DNA from: Takakia lepidozioides
Lineage: Eukaryota; Plantae; Bryophyta
Length of the DNA: 64,000 nucleotides
Direction of reading: 5' to 3'
Assembly (NCBI GenBank): GCA_030704615.1
Contig: CM060731.1
Location: 24,552,001 to 24,616,000, forward strand
The notes under the pieces are model-generated. The model was not told where the DNA came from. It saw nothing but the letters and a program-made list of their open reading frames with translations, and did not search any database. The position numbers and the translations under genes were made by a program. Below are positions 50,601-62,239 of the stretch, piece by piece; the first letter of the stretch is position 1; each line of letters begins with the position of its first letter.

Positions 50601-52350
50601 AGAAAATGCAGCTCTATCACTCACAAAGCCAGAGCCTCCGTTGGTTTCCCACGTCTTCGCCTTGAACATCTCCACAAAATCGGCCGAGATTTCCTGATCA
50701 CACTCCATATCAACCACCTTGTTTTCCCAGTCTGCTTCGTCAGCAGAGTCGCCCATGTACCTATCGTCACCATCAAAATCCTCGTCCATGTCGGAGGAGG
50801 CCTCATCGTGGCCCAAAAACAGGATTAGAAGACCCCTCACCAAAATGAACCAGTGCACCAGTGTTGGGATGCATGTCCCCCAAAGCAGCCCGACCGACAG
50901 CAAGCATGCTCCCAGCACCCAGAGACCCGCCAACACATCCCACAACACCCGAAGTCACCACTCCCTTATTTTTTTTCCTCACCACACCTTTGGGAGGTGC
51001 TGTCACACTTGCAGGAACCGACCTCTTTGCACGAGCCACCTCCTTCAGACGTCTGACTGTTGGCATCGGGCCAGACATCATCTCTCAAAACAAAATTCAC
51101 AGCGTCACTGAACCCCTCCTTATCACCTTCCTCTCTTCTCTCTCTCCAACCAAGAATTAGAGCCACCTGGCGTCTAAACAGAAAGCGAAAATTGTGAGGA
51201 CGAGGGTGACGAGGCCAACGATTGGCGAACGGCGGTGGAGGCAAACTATAGAGGAAAGCAGGACACAGACACCCCAATATTACCTTGCACTGCTCGGGAG
51301 TGCAGTGTTGCTCCTCAAGCGCCCACTCCCTTATAACCTCCGCGGCAGCTGCAAGCTCGGGTGGGGGCGACGGTGGCTCAGGCACAGGAGCATCCTTCCT
51401 CTTTGGTGCCATACGAATCCCTGGGACCGCACAGAGATCTCAAGAAATGAATGCAAGCCCTCACAATGATTCAATGCAGATGACCCATCTTCCCCAAGCA
51501 TAGGAAGGAAGGATGTACCTCGGCGAATTTCGCAAACTCTCCAAAACCAACTGCAAAATGAAACCCCAATACACCACGCTCCCCTGCAACCATCCCCTAC
51601 CACACAAAACACAGAGCCCAAATGCATAAAAGCATTTCACAAAACGACATGCAAGAAAAAATGACAACTTGCATTACAATGAAAATTCGGCAGGGCACAA
51701 GAATCTAAACGCCAAACACTCAGCCCTAACAGCTGCGTAAATGCAATCACACCCCGAGCTCTAATGTCTAGAACACAAAGCAGGAAACGGAACAGCTCCC
51801 GCCGCTTCGAGTCTGGGAGAGGTAAGTCGCCATGACCCGAAAATGAAGCCCAGAAATACACCTCCTACGAAGCGAATGCGGGCGATCCACGGAAGATCAA
51901 GCAAAACATGCACACAAAAGCGCCAAGGAAATGCGAGAGGGGCCACAATTTGCAAGCTCCAGGAACCCAGACTTTGTGCGTGCGAAGAGAGAGCCCGTTC
52001 CATGCTGCCGCCATCCATCACTGGCCACAGGGTGGCATCCCATGTCCGCACGGGCGGACATGCCAACCTTGCATGCACCCGATCACCGGCATCGGGCCAT
52101 CGACGCCCATTTTGCCTGCCACGTGGCTAGGTCAAAGCCAGTGGAGGGCATTTTGGGTGCTCATCATCACTTCAAAAAATCCTGACGGCGCAGGATTTGT
52201 CCAATTAGGGTGCAATAAATTCTGTCTGGCGCAGAATTTCAAGGGCTACAACTTTCGTTCAGGCCCATCTTCATCCAGATTCATCCAAGGGGCCCATCGA
52301 CGGTCGAAATATCCAATCGACCCGAATCAGGTTGACTCGTCCATGAGGGG
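47641..52350 (-). mobile_element. piggyBac-superfamily DNA transposon, both ends intact
   Basis: TTAA TSDs at 47637-47640 and 52351-52354. 15-bp TIRs CCCCTAATGGATGAG / CTCGTCCATGAGGGG (13/15 match). Removal restores the tandem-repeat junction. Confidence 0.93.
49145..51412 (-). pseudogene. piggyBac DDD transposase with C-terminal Cys-rich domain, disrupted
   Basis: ELQAWIG...MG...FYW, MTRYRYEAILRCLHL, VTVDEVMI (D1), YMPKKPCKWGIK, IVTDNYF (D2), GTVRVN, M*GVDVQDQ (D3), KKWW, CVMC...CPGC...LCLGRCW..H. The 5' exon structure (MAPKRK at 51412) is uncertain. Confidence 0.9.
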
Positions 52351-55300
52351 TTAATCTGGCTGGTCTTTTGGTGTGCTATTTGGGGTGAATGGCATCTATA
52401 AATTACTCGGCTTATGATTCGTTGTCATGTCCTTCTTCCAGGAGACCAGAAATCCATGCTGGGTAAACGCCAGGTCTTTTGTTGCTAAGCAAGGGCTGGG
52501 TTCATTTGCAAGTTTTCAAAAAATAATAATAAAATAATAATATTTTATTTTATTTAATTTTATTTTCCCCGAATGTGCCAGATTAAGGTGTCGTTGACCG
52601 ACACCTTAATCTGGCTGGTCTTCTGGTGTGCTATTTGGGGTGAATGACATCTATAAATTGCTTGGCTTATGATTCGTTGTCATGTCCTTCTTCATGGTGA
52701 CCAGAAATCCATGCTGGGTAAACGCCGGGTCTTTTGCTTGCAAAGCAGGGGTTGGGTTCATTTGCAAGTTTTTCAAAAAAGAAAAAAAGAAAAAAATTAT
52801 TATTTTTATTATTATTTTGTTTTTTCCCCTCTGAATGTGCCAGATGAAGGTGGCATTGACACCAGCTTAATCTGGCTGGTCTTCTGGGCTGGAATTAAGC
52901 TTCCGCCACATTAAAATACACTTATTTAAACTCAACAACACATGGATCCATGCACACATGTTGTTACAGTCATCCATGGTTCACTCATCTGGGCAATTTT
53001 TCATCCAACGTTCATCCAATGTTCATCCATTCCTTTTTACGTTCATCATAGATACAGTCATCCGACAGTTTTTCATCGCACATTCGGATGTTGCGATTTT
53101 CCAAGCCCTAAACATGGATGGCGCTGGATGACGTGGATGGGTTTCTCAGAGTGGACGATCCAGATCCTTCGGCCGACGCGGACTGACAGACTAGCAGACT
53201 GGAGGGCAGACGGGCACAGCGAACTGTTGGGTGGACTTGCGGGGACTGGCACAGCGGACTGGCGTGCACAACGGACTGGCCGGCAGACTGAGGGGAACTG
53301 GACTCACGGGCAGCGGACTGGCAAGCGGACTGGAGGCTGCGGTGGAGCGCGGGGGGGGGGCGTCTGGGTGGGGGAGCGGGGCGTCCATGCGTGGGGCCCA
53401 CCGGTCAGCTCGCGCGTGCGCCATAACGTCCCAATTATTGTAAAATGAGAGGCTATCAAGCGGCTGGACATGTCACATTTTAGTTCTGATTCCCCTCGCT
53501 TCAGGGATTTAGCACCCCCTTAAAAACATATTAAACTGGTAAGTGATACTAATACTTAAAACGCTGTCAAACATTGCCCAAATTTACACACCATACTTGG
53601 AAAAAATACAATACTCGGAGAACTTAGGAATATTAACTAACTTTATAATTCTAGCCACCTAAATAAATACATTAGTATTAGTATTAGTTAGTGATTAGAT
53701 AATATTTGTACATTTGTATAATATTTGTATAAATTTTACATGGACAGGGCGCTCTTAAAAAATGATTGAAGATTTTTTCTTAAACCCCGGCCCCGGGTTG
53801 ATAACAGTTGGTTATCATCCATGTTTGATTGTTATTGATATGTTGTCTAATAATTTTGATAATGGGCTTCATTGATAACCATCGGGTATGTAAAATCCTA
53901 AAAAAATCTAATATTGGTCTCCGGCGGGTATGTCCACAACCTCCCACTGCCAATACCCGGAACCAGCGGGTCTTACAAAAGGTGATAACCTCCCAACACT
54001 GGTAAAAACCTGATGACTATTTTCCACTTGTGACTATTTTTACACTATACAAAACAGCATCAATCACATGATGCCAAAGTTCTTATAAGGATGACTGCGA
54101 GATGCAGAAATTGAGTGGCTTGTTGAGGGCTCGTTTTTCTTTCTGTGATCATGGCAGGACACGTCTATGAGATCGGTTACCATGTTGGCACCGGAAGGCT
54201 GCTCTTGCTACCAGCAATACAGGCTGAGGCTATTCTGAATGCAACTGATACATATGAACCACTGCCGTTTCATCTGCTTTGTATTTGGGAATAATACTGA
54301 CATACAGCAAAGCAAGGAGTCTCGTTGGAAGGTGCTTGAAGGGTTGAACTTCTGTTTGTAAGAAACAAGTGTAGAGGAGTCAATCCACCGTAAACACTTT
54401 CTTGCCACAGAGCAGAAAGGATGAAGTTGTAAAAGTCCGCATAGCGTTATAAAAAGGCCCAACTGGGGTGACTGTACAAACAGGTAAAACTATCCTCAAG
54501 AGGAGAAACTATAGAGCTAGATAGCTAGATGTATTGACAAGTATAAATCAAACTATTCTAGTGTCACCCACTGCCTGCAGGTCAGACAACAGGAAAGATA
54601 GAAAGTGCTGGGAGGCCAGATGAAGCCGCCCCCACAACCTCTACCCGACACAAAAAAGAAAGAACCTGAGCCTTTTGTAAAGCAACAGAAACTCGTTGTC
54701 TAGAGACTTAAAAGGGTCACAGCAATTGCGATGTCAAATGCTGGTCTCTTCAGGTGCTTATTGGCATGCCATTTGTGGGACAAGAAAGTTTTGAAATTAA
54801 ATCGTGGTTGGTTAGGTTGTACACAAAATCTTGAAGCAACTCTTAATGGGAGAGTGCCAGCAGAGCCCCAGCTCTCTTTCTGGGCCCAACAAATACAGTT
54901 CGGTTCAATTGCATGTGAAGTGATTATTCGTAGTGATACCACCTGTCCAGATCCACTTAGATTGATGGCTTTACGGAGCTGTCAGTCATCTGTAGAATTT
55001 GCAGTCTACAAACAAGTATCATTAAAAGTCCCACCAAGCATATTTGTTTCCATCAATGCCCATTTACAACACCAATCATAAAGACAAACAGCTACCTCTT
55101 TGCCACAAATAGTCCAATTCATGGCAAGATCTCAATAATACTTGTGCGGAGTCCTGACAATTTCTCTTGCACCCACACATAGGTATTTTATCAATGCCAT
55201 GGACTGAAGCTTAGCAAAAGGAAAAGTAGCAAGTTGCATATATGATGCTAGCAGCTTGGAGAACTGATACCAGTGTCTTGTCTGGAAGCCAAACATTTCC

Positions 55301-55683
55301 ATCCATGTGTCGCTTAATGGAGTACCGGGGATTATGTAGCCAGATAGAGGCCCACATCTATTCTACAGCTAGATGAGCTATCAAACTAATCAAGCTATCA
55401 AGCTAATTCTAAGTTATGGATCTGGACTCATCCCTTACAAAAACTGGCAGATAGTTGAAGACTTGAGTGCGTTATTCCAAAGGCTGTGGATGAATGAGAG
55501 CTTCAGGTTGGAGGACAACATACTGGAACAGCAAACCCAAAAAGAGCTTTGTCAGCTAAGTGAGGGCACAAATGGCCATGTACAACTAACTAGAGCACTT
55601 TCTGTGCCAACACAGGTTCTTCGAGGAGACAAAAATAAACCAAAGAGGGGACAAAATTAAAATTGAAACAGAACACTGCCCAC

Positions 55684-55907
55684 CTTAATTTGCTGACGAT
55701 TGTAAGTGTAAGTGGCATGAATTTGACTATCAGAGCCTAGAATAACTGCTGCATATGAAAATTCCCCTCCTTCTTGATCTTCCAGGGTCATGTAGTCACG
55801 CCATGTCTCACCGTCGTCATTTGAGACTGCCACTTTCAGTAGGCCACGCGAGACTGTGTTGTAGACCACTAACAATCGCCCATCATATAACTTGACACCG
55901 TCAAAGC
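55684..55907 (-). CDS. BNR/Asp-box repeat (sialidase-like) protein, internal exon
   Basis: [17 protein letters not shown]...SNDDGETW...EFSYAAVI...[14 protein letters not shown] borders; phase is compatible with the previous exon. Confidence 0.9.
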
Positions 55908-56200
55908 CTAAGAAGCAACAAAATGCATCTGTTAGTGCTGGGTACAAGAGATGTATCCTTGACAGCAGATCCTTTGAGGACATTCTCTCAGGAGTCCGGA
56001 GTCAGTTGTGGTTCTACCCTGCCAGGATAAGAAACCCATCCAATTCGCACAGCCCAAGACAAGAGGAGAATGCAGTTTAATTGACGGCCCCAAATTTTCC
56101 CATGGAGGTAGGCGAGAGTTTGCACCCAAATGATATGCAAAAGATATCAAAACTAACAAGGTAGTCAATGTTTTCACATGGATTACAAGGGAAAACTAAC

Positions 56201-56426
56201 CAGAGTTGCAATTGACAAGATCAGTGGGGATCGCAAAACTCCATGTGAGGCCCTTGTCTGGTGATGATGCCATGCATATTCTGCCAATTCCATCAGCAGG
56301 CCTCAGGAGCACTCGAATGGTGCCATTCCTTGTGATAAAGGGAACAGGTTGAATAACCCCCATGGGTACCCCATCAACATAGATGGGGCCATGCTTTGAC
56401 CATGAATGACCCGCATCTGTAGTCAC
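56201..56426 (-). CDS. BNR/Asp-box repeat (sialidase-like) protein, internal exon
   Basis: VTTDAGHSW...VIQPVP...SPDKGLTW...NCNS, with two Asp-boxes and AG/GT borders. Confidence 0.9.
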
Positions 56427-56939
56427 CTACAGCACCTTCTCAACATACTAGTTACCTCTCTACCATCAACTTGTTCAATCTGCTTTTTAAAAAAAAAATC
56501 ATATGTATATAGAGCCAGGGAAGGGGTGAGAATCCCCTGTTCAACGTAAAATAATTGGTCAAAACCCTGACCTAGCAGGACCAACAGCAAAGAAACAACT
56601 TAAGTGCAGACTAATCACGGGAGCATGGTTGCGCTAACCACCTTCCAAGGAGGAAACCCCAACAAATGGTGGGAAAAATGGAAGCGACAAGACACCTACG
56701 CCAAGCCCACAGAAAAGAGAAGGCTGCTCATAACAAAGAAACACGCACACAAAGCTTATTCAACCACCTGTGACAAAGAGCCGTAGGAGCCACTCTCTCT
56801 CTCCAAGGGATTCTTGTTCTACATTTTTTTGTGGATATAATGTTTTGTTTTCCCTGTCTCTATGTCTCTCTTTCTTCACCCAAACTGGGTCTATGGCCAC
56901 CAGGCTACAGCAAACAATGTCTAATTGATTAAATTTTCT

Positions 56940-58618
56940 CTCTCTCTTTGCGGATTTTTTCCAGGGAAGGAAAAAAGAAGGAAAACCCACTTTTGTTTTT
57001 ATCTTGGATGTCAAAATGGCTTATGACACAGTGTGGAGAGACAGCCTATGGCTTCGACTCTGGTCATGTGGGATCAAGGGGAAGATGTTCAGAGTTGTCC
57101 ATAACTTGTATGCTCGCACCAAAAGCTGTGTCACTGTTAATGGACATAAGTCTAACTTCTTTGACATAGACCAAGGTGTAGCTCAAGGATGTACCCTCTC
57201 CCCTCTGCTCTTCAATGTTTTCATCAATCAACTCCTCGAGGATGTGGAAAGTGAGGGATTTGGGTTAAGGGTGGGTGATGCCACCATACCAGCCCTTATG
57301 TTTGCGGATGGCCTCACAGGCATAGGGGAGACTCCTTCCAATCTCCAGGAGTTGATGGATTGCGCGAAGAGATACTTTGACCTTTGGGGGCTAGAGGATA
57401 ATGTCAGTAAATGTGCAGTGGTGGCATTCAACGAGGAGAGGGAGGAGGTGATCTCAAGTGGCAGTGGGGAAGCCAAGAATTCCAGTCCTCCCTTCCTACA
57501 CATACCTCGGTGTTGAGTTTTCCTCCAACTGTAATTGGGATGCACACATTCAGAAAGTTGTTCAAACTGGCAAGCGCAAAGTGCTGGGTCTCACTAAATT
57601 TTTCTACTGCAGAGGGATCAACTCTGAGGTCAAGAAAACCATGCTTTGTCGCGTTATTAGACCTGCCTTCGAGTACGCATCTGCAATATGGGTTGATAAC
57701 TCCAACCAGGCTAAGTCTCTAGAATCCATTCAAGTGAGTGCTTAAGGAGTCATGTCAGCATGCTCCAAACAGCCAATGTGTCTGTTCGGGGTGAGTTTGG
57801 CATCCCTTCTTTAAGCTCCCGACGAGATGAATTCAAGGTCAGATGGTGGGGTCAGCTGCAACATATGTCCAACCTCAGATATCCTAAGTTAATCGACTCT
57901 ATATCTTGGAAACAGGATCGCCCTGTCAAACAGGCTAAGTCCTGGCGGAAGAGAGTAGAAGAGATTCTCAAGGATCTGAATCTCAATCCGCAAGTCTTGA
58001 CCCTGCTGGATAAATCTGACTTAGAGGCTGTAGTCCGTTGCCAGGAAATTGTCTGATGAAAATGAAGTTAGGCAGAAAACTTCCCTGAACTTGTTTCCAG
58101 TCTGTGACATGGGGGAGGACAGCATGGATGACCTCATGGGTCTACCCACTCTCGGCACTAGACTGAAATTTAAACTCAGGGCGGGAAGCCTACCTTTGAA
58201 CAGCAAACAGAAGCAGAGAGGAAAGGGAGAGTGCAATCGCCCGTGTGGGCAACCTGAAGACAATATTCATTTTCTGATTCATTGTCCGGGGTTCTCTCAC
58301 CAGAGAGACACTCTCCTCAAATCTATCAAGGGAATTGTGCCTGTACCTCTATTCACCAACTTTGAAAGTCTCGAGGCTGAGCCAAAAGCCCAGGCCCTTT
58401 TGGGGCCTAGTTATCGGGCAAACCACACACAGCCGATTGATGCTTGTGTGAAGGGATTTCTAGAGGATATCTGGAAAACCCGGATCAATTGTTTATTCCA
58501 AGGTAAGTCTTACTACCGGCGTCAGCCTCTGACAAAGGTAGGTTTTGTCCTTTTGTGTTCTGCTCAAACTGGGCGCAGGGTCAATGGCCACAAGGCTATG
58601 GCAAACAACATCTTATGA
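56940..58618 (+). mobile_element. 5'-truncated LINE (RT plus C-terminal CCHC finger), intronic
   Basis: FLDVKMAYDTVWR, GVAQGCTLSPLLFNVFI, MFADG, YTYLGV, CNRPCG..EDNIHFLIHC. Frameshifted. Confidence 0.88.
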
Positions 58619-58624
58619 GTACAT

Positions 58625-59215
58625 TCTCTCTTTGCGGATGAATTCGCAGGCCTAGGGGAGACCCCATCCAATCTCCAGGAGCAGATTGACTGTGCGAAGA
58701 GGTTCTTTTGCCCTGTGATCGAGGCTAGAAACTTTTGTTAATAAATGCAAAGTGGTGGCATTCAATGACCGTGGGGAGGGAGGGGATCTCATATAGAAAT
58801 GGGGTGACGAAGAGATCCCTGTACTCCCTTCCTATTGGTGTTGATTTTTCCTCCAACTGTAACTGGGATGCAGATGTACTAAAATTGATTCAATCAGCTA
58901 ACGCACAGCTTTGGGTCCCACTAAATTATTTCGATTGCAGAGGGACTAATACTGAAGTTAAAAGGACCATGCTGTGCAGTGTTATTAGGACAGTCTTGGA
59001 GTATGCATCTGCTGTGTGGGTCAACCATTCCAATCATGCTAAATCTCTAGAATCCATTCAGGTCGCGGTGCTCAAAGAAAGCATGTTGGCTTGTCCTAGA
59101 ACAGCTAATGTAGCTGTTCGGGGCGAGTTTGGCAGACCTCCCTCAAGCTCTCGAGGTGATAAATTCAAGGTCAGATGGTGGGGTCAGTTGAATCGCATGC
59201 CTAATACCAGATACT
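58625..59215 (+). mobile_element. Second LINE fragment, same family
   Basis: Starts at LFADE and matches ~57295-57885. Confidence 0.8.
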
Positions 59216-59604
59216 GCCACTGTGAAACCGTCCAACTAGTTCTGCTATTCAGACTCCGCCCTAACGTGTAGGTCATAGCCAATGTTTGTACATGACAGTC
59301 AATTCTCTCTGTAGGCACAGGCTGCAAATGAGCAGACTATACTGAGTGATCTCTCACTAATTCGAGGCTACTCAGCAGGTAATGTAGATGAGGACAGAAG
59401 TGTGAGATTGACCCACATATATAAAGAGGTTTAGTTCGGTGCAATTTGGCTGTCCTCAAACATTTCTGGCATGCACAATATTTTAGCCTTCTGTCACCAG
59501 GATCATCAATGTGAACCTTCTAGAATGGAATTACAAACCAGGAGCAAGAACTTGCAGTTCCTTCTCTCTCTAATTTTAAATGATAAGAGGATGTGAAATC
59601 AAAC

Positions 59605-59682
59605 CTCCATCCAAGCTCCCCATGCATTCCAGCTCTCCACTGAAGATCCACAGAGAAGTTGTCCATCCTTTAACAGCAGTGG
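59605..59682 (-). CDS. BNR/Asp-box repeat (sialidase-like) protein, internal exon (not in the ORF track)
   Basis: PLLLKDGQLLCGSSVESWNAWGAWME, 78 nt, AG/GT borders, phase 0/0. Confidence 0.88.
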
Positions 59683-59824
59683 CTGCACTTACAAGAAATC
59701 ATCCACATATGAAAGAAAGGTCTGGTGTTACTTCTGCTCACTCTTACTGGGTGCCACAGTGAGGAAAAACCTCTCAACATACAACAATCAGATCAAATTT
59801 AGTCCTGGAAAAGGGCAGTGATAC

Positions 59825-59921
59825 CTTGTTCTTGATTGGGCCCAAAATTCCTGGAGGAAGTTGCTCTCTATCTGACCACGTTATGCCATTGTCTAGGGAC
59901 CTTTTGAGAAAACCACTCCAT
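59825..59921 (-). CDS. BNR/Asp-box repeat (sialidase-like) protein, internal exon (not in the ORF track)
   Basis: [32 protein letters not shown], with an Asp-box and AG/GT borders. Upstream exons and the last exon were not located. Confidence 0.88.
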
Positions 59922-60644
59922 CTGCATGGATTTACTCGTAAGCTGTAACGCTATAGCATCAAAACAGATTCCCTACTTGAAGCCAAGGAACCCACAGGAT
60001 AAGAACCCCTTCTGGTTGAGTGATGGCACAGTTATACTGTTACAGCCAATGGTGTCTCACTTGTTTTATCCCTCGTACTCTGGAACATAAGTGTCATAAT
60101 GAGTGACATTAATAGAATGGTGACGAGACAGCTATAGATTTTTAGTAGTAGCCTCTTTGGCATTCCTGCTGTAAAGCATGTCGAAAAATCACAGAGAGAG
60201 TAGACAGCAAGTGATCAAACTGAAATGATCTCGCATAGTAGTCATAGAACATCACCATACAGTCTTTTCAGGCACTATCACAGATAGTTTCAGTCCTCAC
60301 TATGGCAGTATGAGGACACATAGCTCATAACCCAAACATATAAACTCCATTACAGTTCTTACAGATTCCTGACTTCTTGGTGAAAAATTAGTTGCAATAG
60401 CATATTTGTAAGATACACAACTCTACTTACGAGGGAGGGTGGCTGGGGTTATGTAGACTCAACCCCTTGGAACTGTGGTGCCTACTTGGCAACCATTGGC
60501 ATAGTTACCTCACCCTAATCATAAGGATGGGAGGGTGAGCTCAGTGACATCATAACTAACAAACACAAAAACTGTCTCAACCCAGATCTGCCTCCATACC
60601 TCCCATTCAAATCCTTACTGGAAACTTTGGTCTTCTGGGGGTCA

Positions 60645-61297
60645 GGGGTGAGATGTGGAGGATTGTCCACAACCTGTATGCGGACACCAAAAGCTGTGTT
60701 ATGGTCAATGGACAGAAGTCTAACTTCTTTGACATTGATCAAGGTGTAGCACAAGGTTGTCCCCTCTCCCCACTGCTCTTCAATGTTTTCATTAATCAGC
60801 TTCTTGAAGATGTGAGGGGTTTGGCCTGAAGGTGGGCGATGCCACCATACCAGCTCTTACGTTTGCGGATGACTTCGTGGGCCTAGGGGATACCCCATCC
60901 AATCTCCGATTGATTGTGCATAGAGGTTCTTTGACCTGTGGAGGCTACAAGCTAATGTGTAAACGCGCAGTGGTGGCATTCAACAACCGTGGGGAGGGAG
61001 GAGGGGATCTCAGATGGAAATGGGGTGATGAAGAGATCCCTGTACTCCCTTCCTACACATATCTCAGTGTTGAGTTTTCCTCCAACTGTAACTGGGAGGG
61101 AAATGCATATACTAAAAGTGATTCAATCAGCTAAACAGAAAGCTTTGGGTCTCACTAAATTTTTCGACTGCAGAGGGATTAAGACTGATGTTAGAAGGAC
61201 CACGCTTTGCACCGTTATTAGGCTGGCCTTGGAGTACGCATCTGCTGTGTGGGTTGACAATTCCAACCATGCTAAATCTCTAGAATTTTTTCAGGTC
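60645..61297 (+). mobile_element. Third LINE fragment, same family
   Basis: DQGVAQGCPLSPLLFNVF, TFADD, YTYL, LEYASAVW. Confidence 0.82.
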
Positions 61298-62239
61298 GAG
61301 GTGAGTTTTCAGGTGTTCCAAGTGGCAATCAGATGCACACTAGGTAGGCCTTTCTCACAAACAGATCTGCCTCCTCACTTTCATATCTTAGGAAGCACCT
61401 ATAGAAGTAGGACTGTCTCCTTAAAGGCAACTGCTTTCCATGTAGGTACAAGCTCATAGATCCTTCAACCCCAGAGCAAAACAGCAGTAGTATGTGTACA
61501 AAATCAACACATACTTGAACAGATTTGAGCTTTGAGAAAGCTCAAAGCCTCACCTGGATTTATCGCAGCCAACCAACAAACCGACAGTTTAGTGATCCCT
61601 GTGGAACCCCCAGACTTAAGCCACTTCACATTTGTTATTAATGTCATCCCTGCAGCAGGTCATATTAGCAAAGAGAGGAGAGGTAAGGGAGGTACTTTCA
61701 GCCATTTCAGCCAGCAGTAGGTACACAACCCAGCAGCTCCTATTTCAGCCCATGCTCCAGAGGAAGGGAGTGGTGGTCACCTGACAGTAAGTACCCATTC
61801 CCAAAAGGAAGGTGGTACTAGACCAAGAAGTATTGAAGCAAGGGCTCACATAGAAGCGCTTGGTTTGCAAAAGTATTCCTAGATTCAGAGTCATTGTCCT
61901 CGCGTTACGATAATATCTTTTTACGATTACCCAGTCAAAATACAGTAAAACCCCATTCAATCATCAATGGTGACGTCGTTGTCACGATCATTTCCGGAAG
62001 TACAAAATCATTTCGAGATTTTTGAGCATATTCGAGGGTTCGAAGTAACTATGCCAACACACACGCTACGCAGGCTAGGCGTGTAGGAATTTTGTTTATT
62101 GGGCCGGAAAACTTTCCAAGTCCAGGTTAGGCCAGGTGGTTTGGTCTGCGGCGATAGGAACGTGGACATGCATCATGTAAGGGGGGCTGTTCGAGACGTT
62201 TGAGCAAAAATTTGAAATAAATAAGGTTACCGGTTACCT

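Larger units (their letters stand above)
47359..52890. repeat. ~255-261 bp tandem repeat (3 units plus partials) joined by a 17-bp-arm hairpin, interrupted by piggyBac
   Basis: Units at 47379-47636, 52351-52605 and 52606-52866. Junction GCCAGATTAAGGTGTCG-ttgac-CGACACCTTAATCTGGC at 52577-52615. Confidence 0.85.

Noticed and set aside
52940-54010. Possible MITE or TE ends (CATCC-rich and GCGGACTGG repeats, CAG...CTG segment 53745-54001)
   Set aside because: Repetitive-looking, but I found no convincing TIR pair or TSD.
54700-54942. Terminal exon of the BNR gene
   Set aside because: An acceptor-like site is present, but the peptide lacks the expected similarity, so it cannot be supported.
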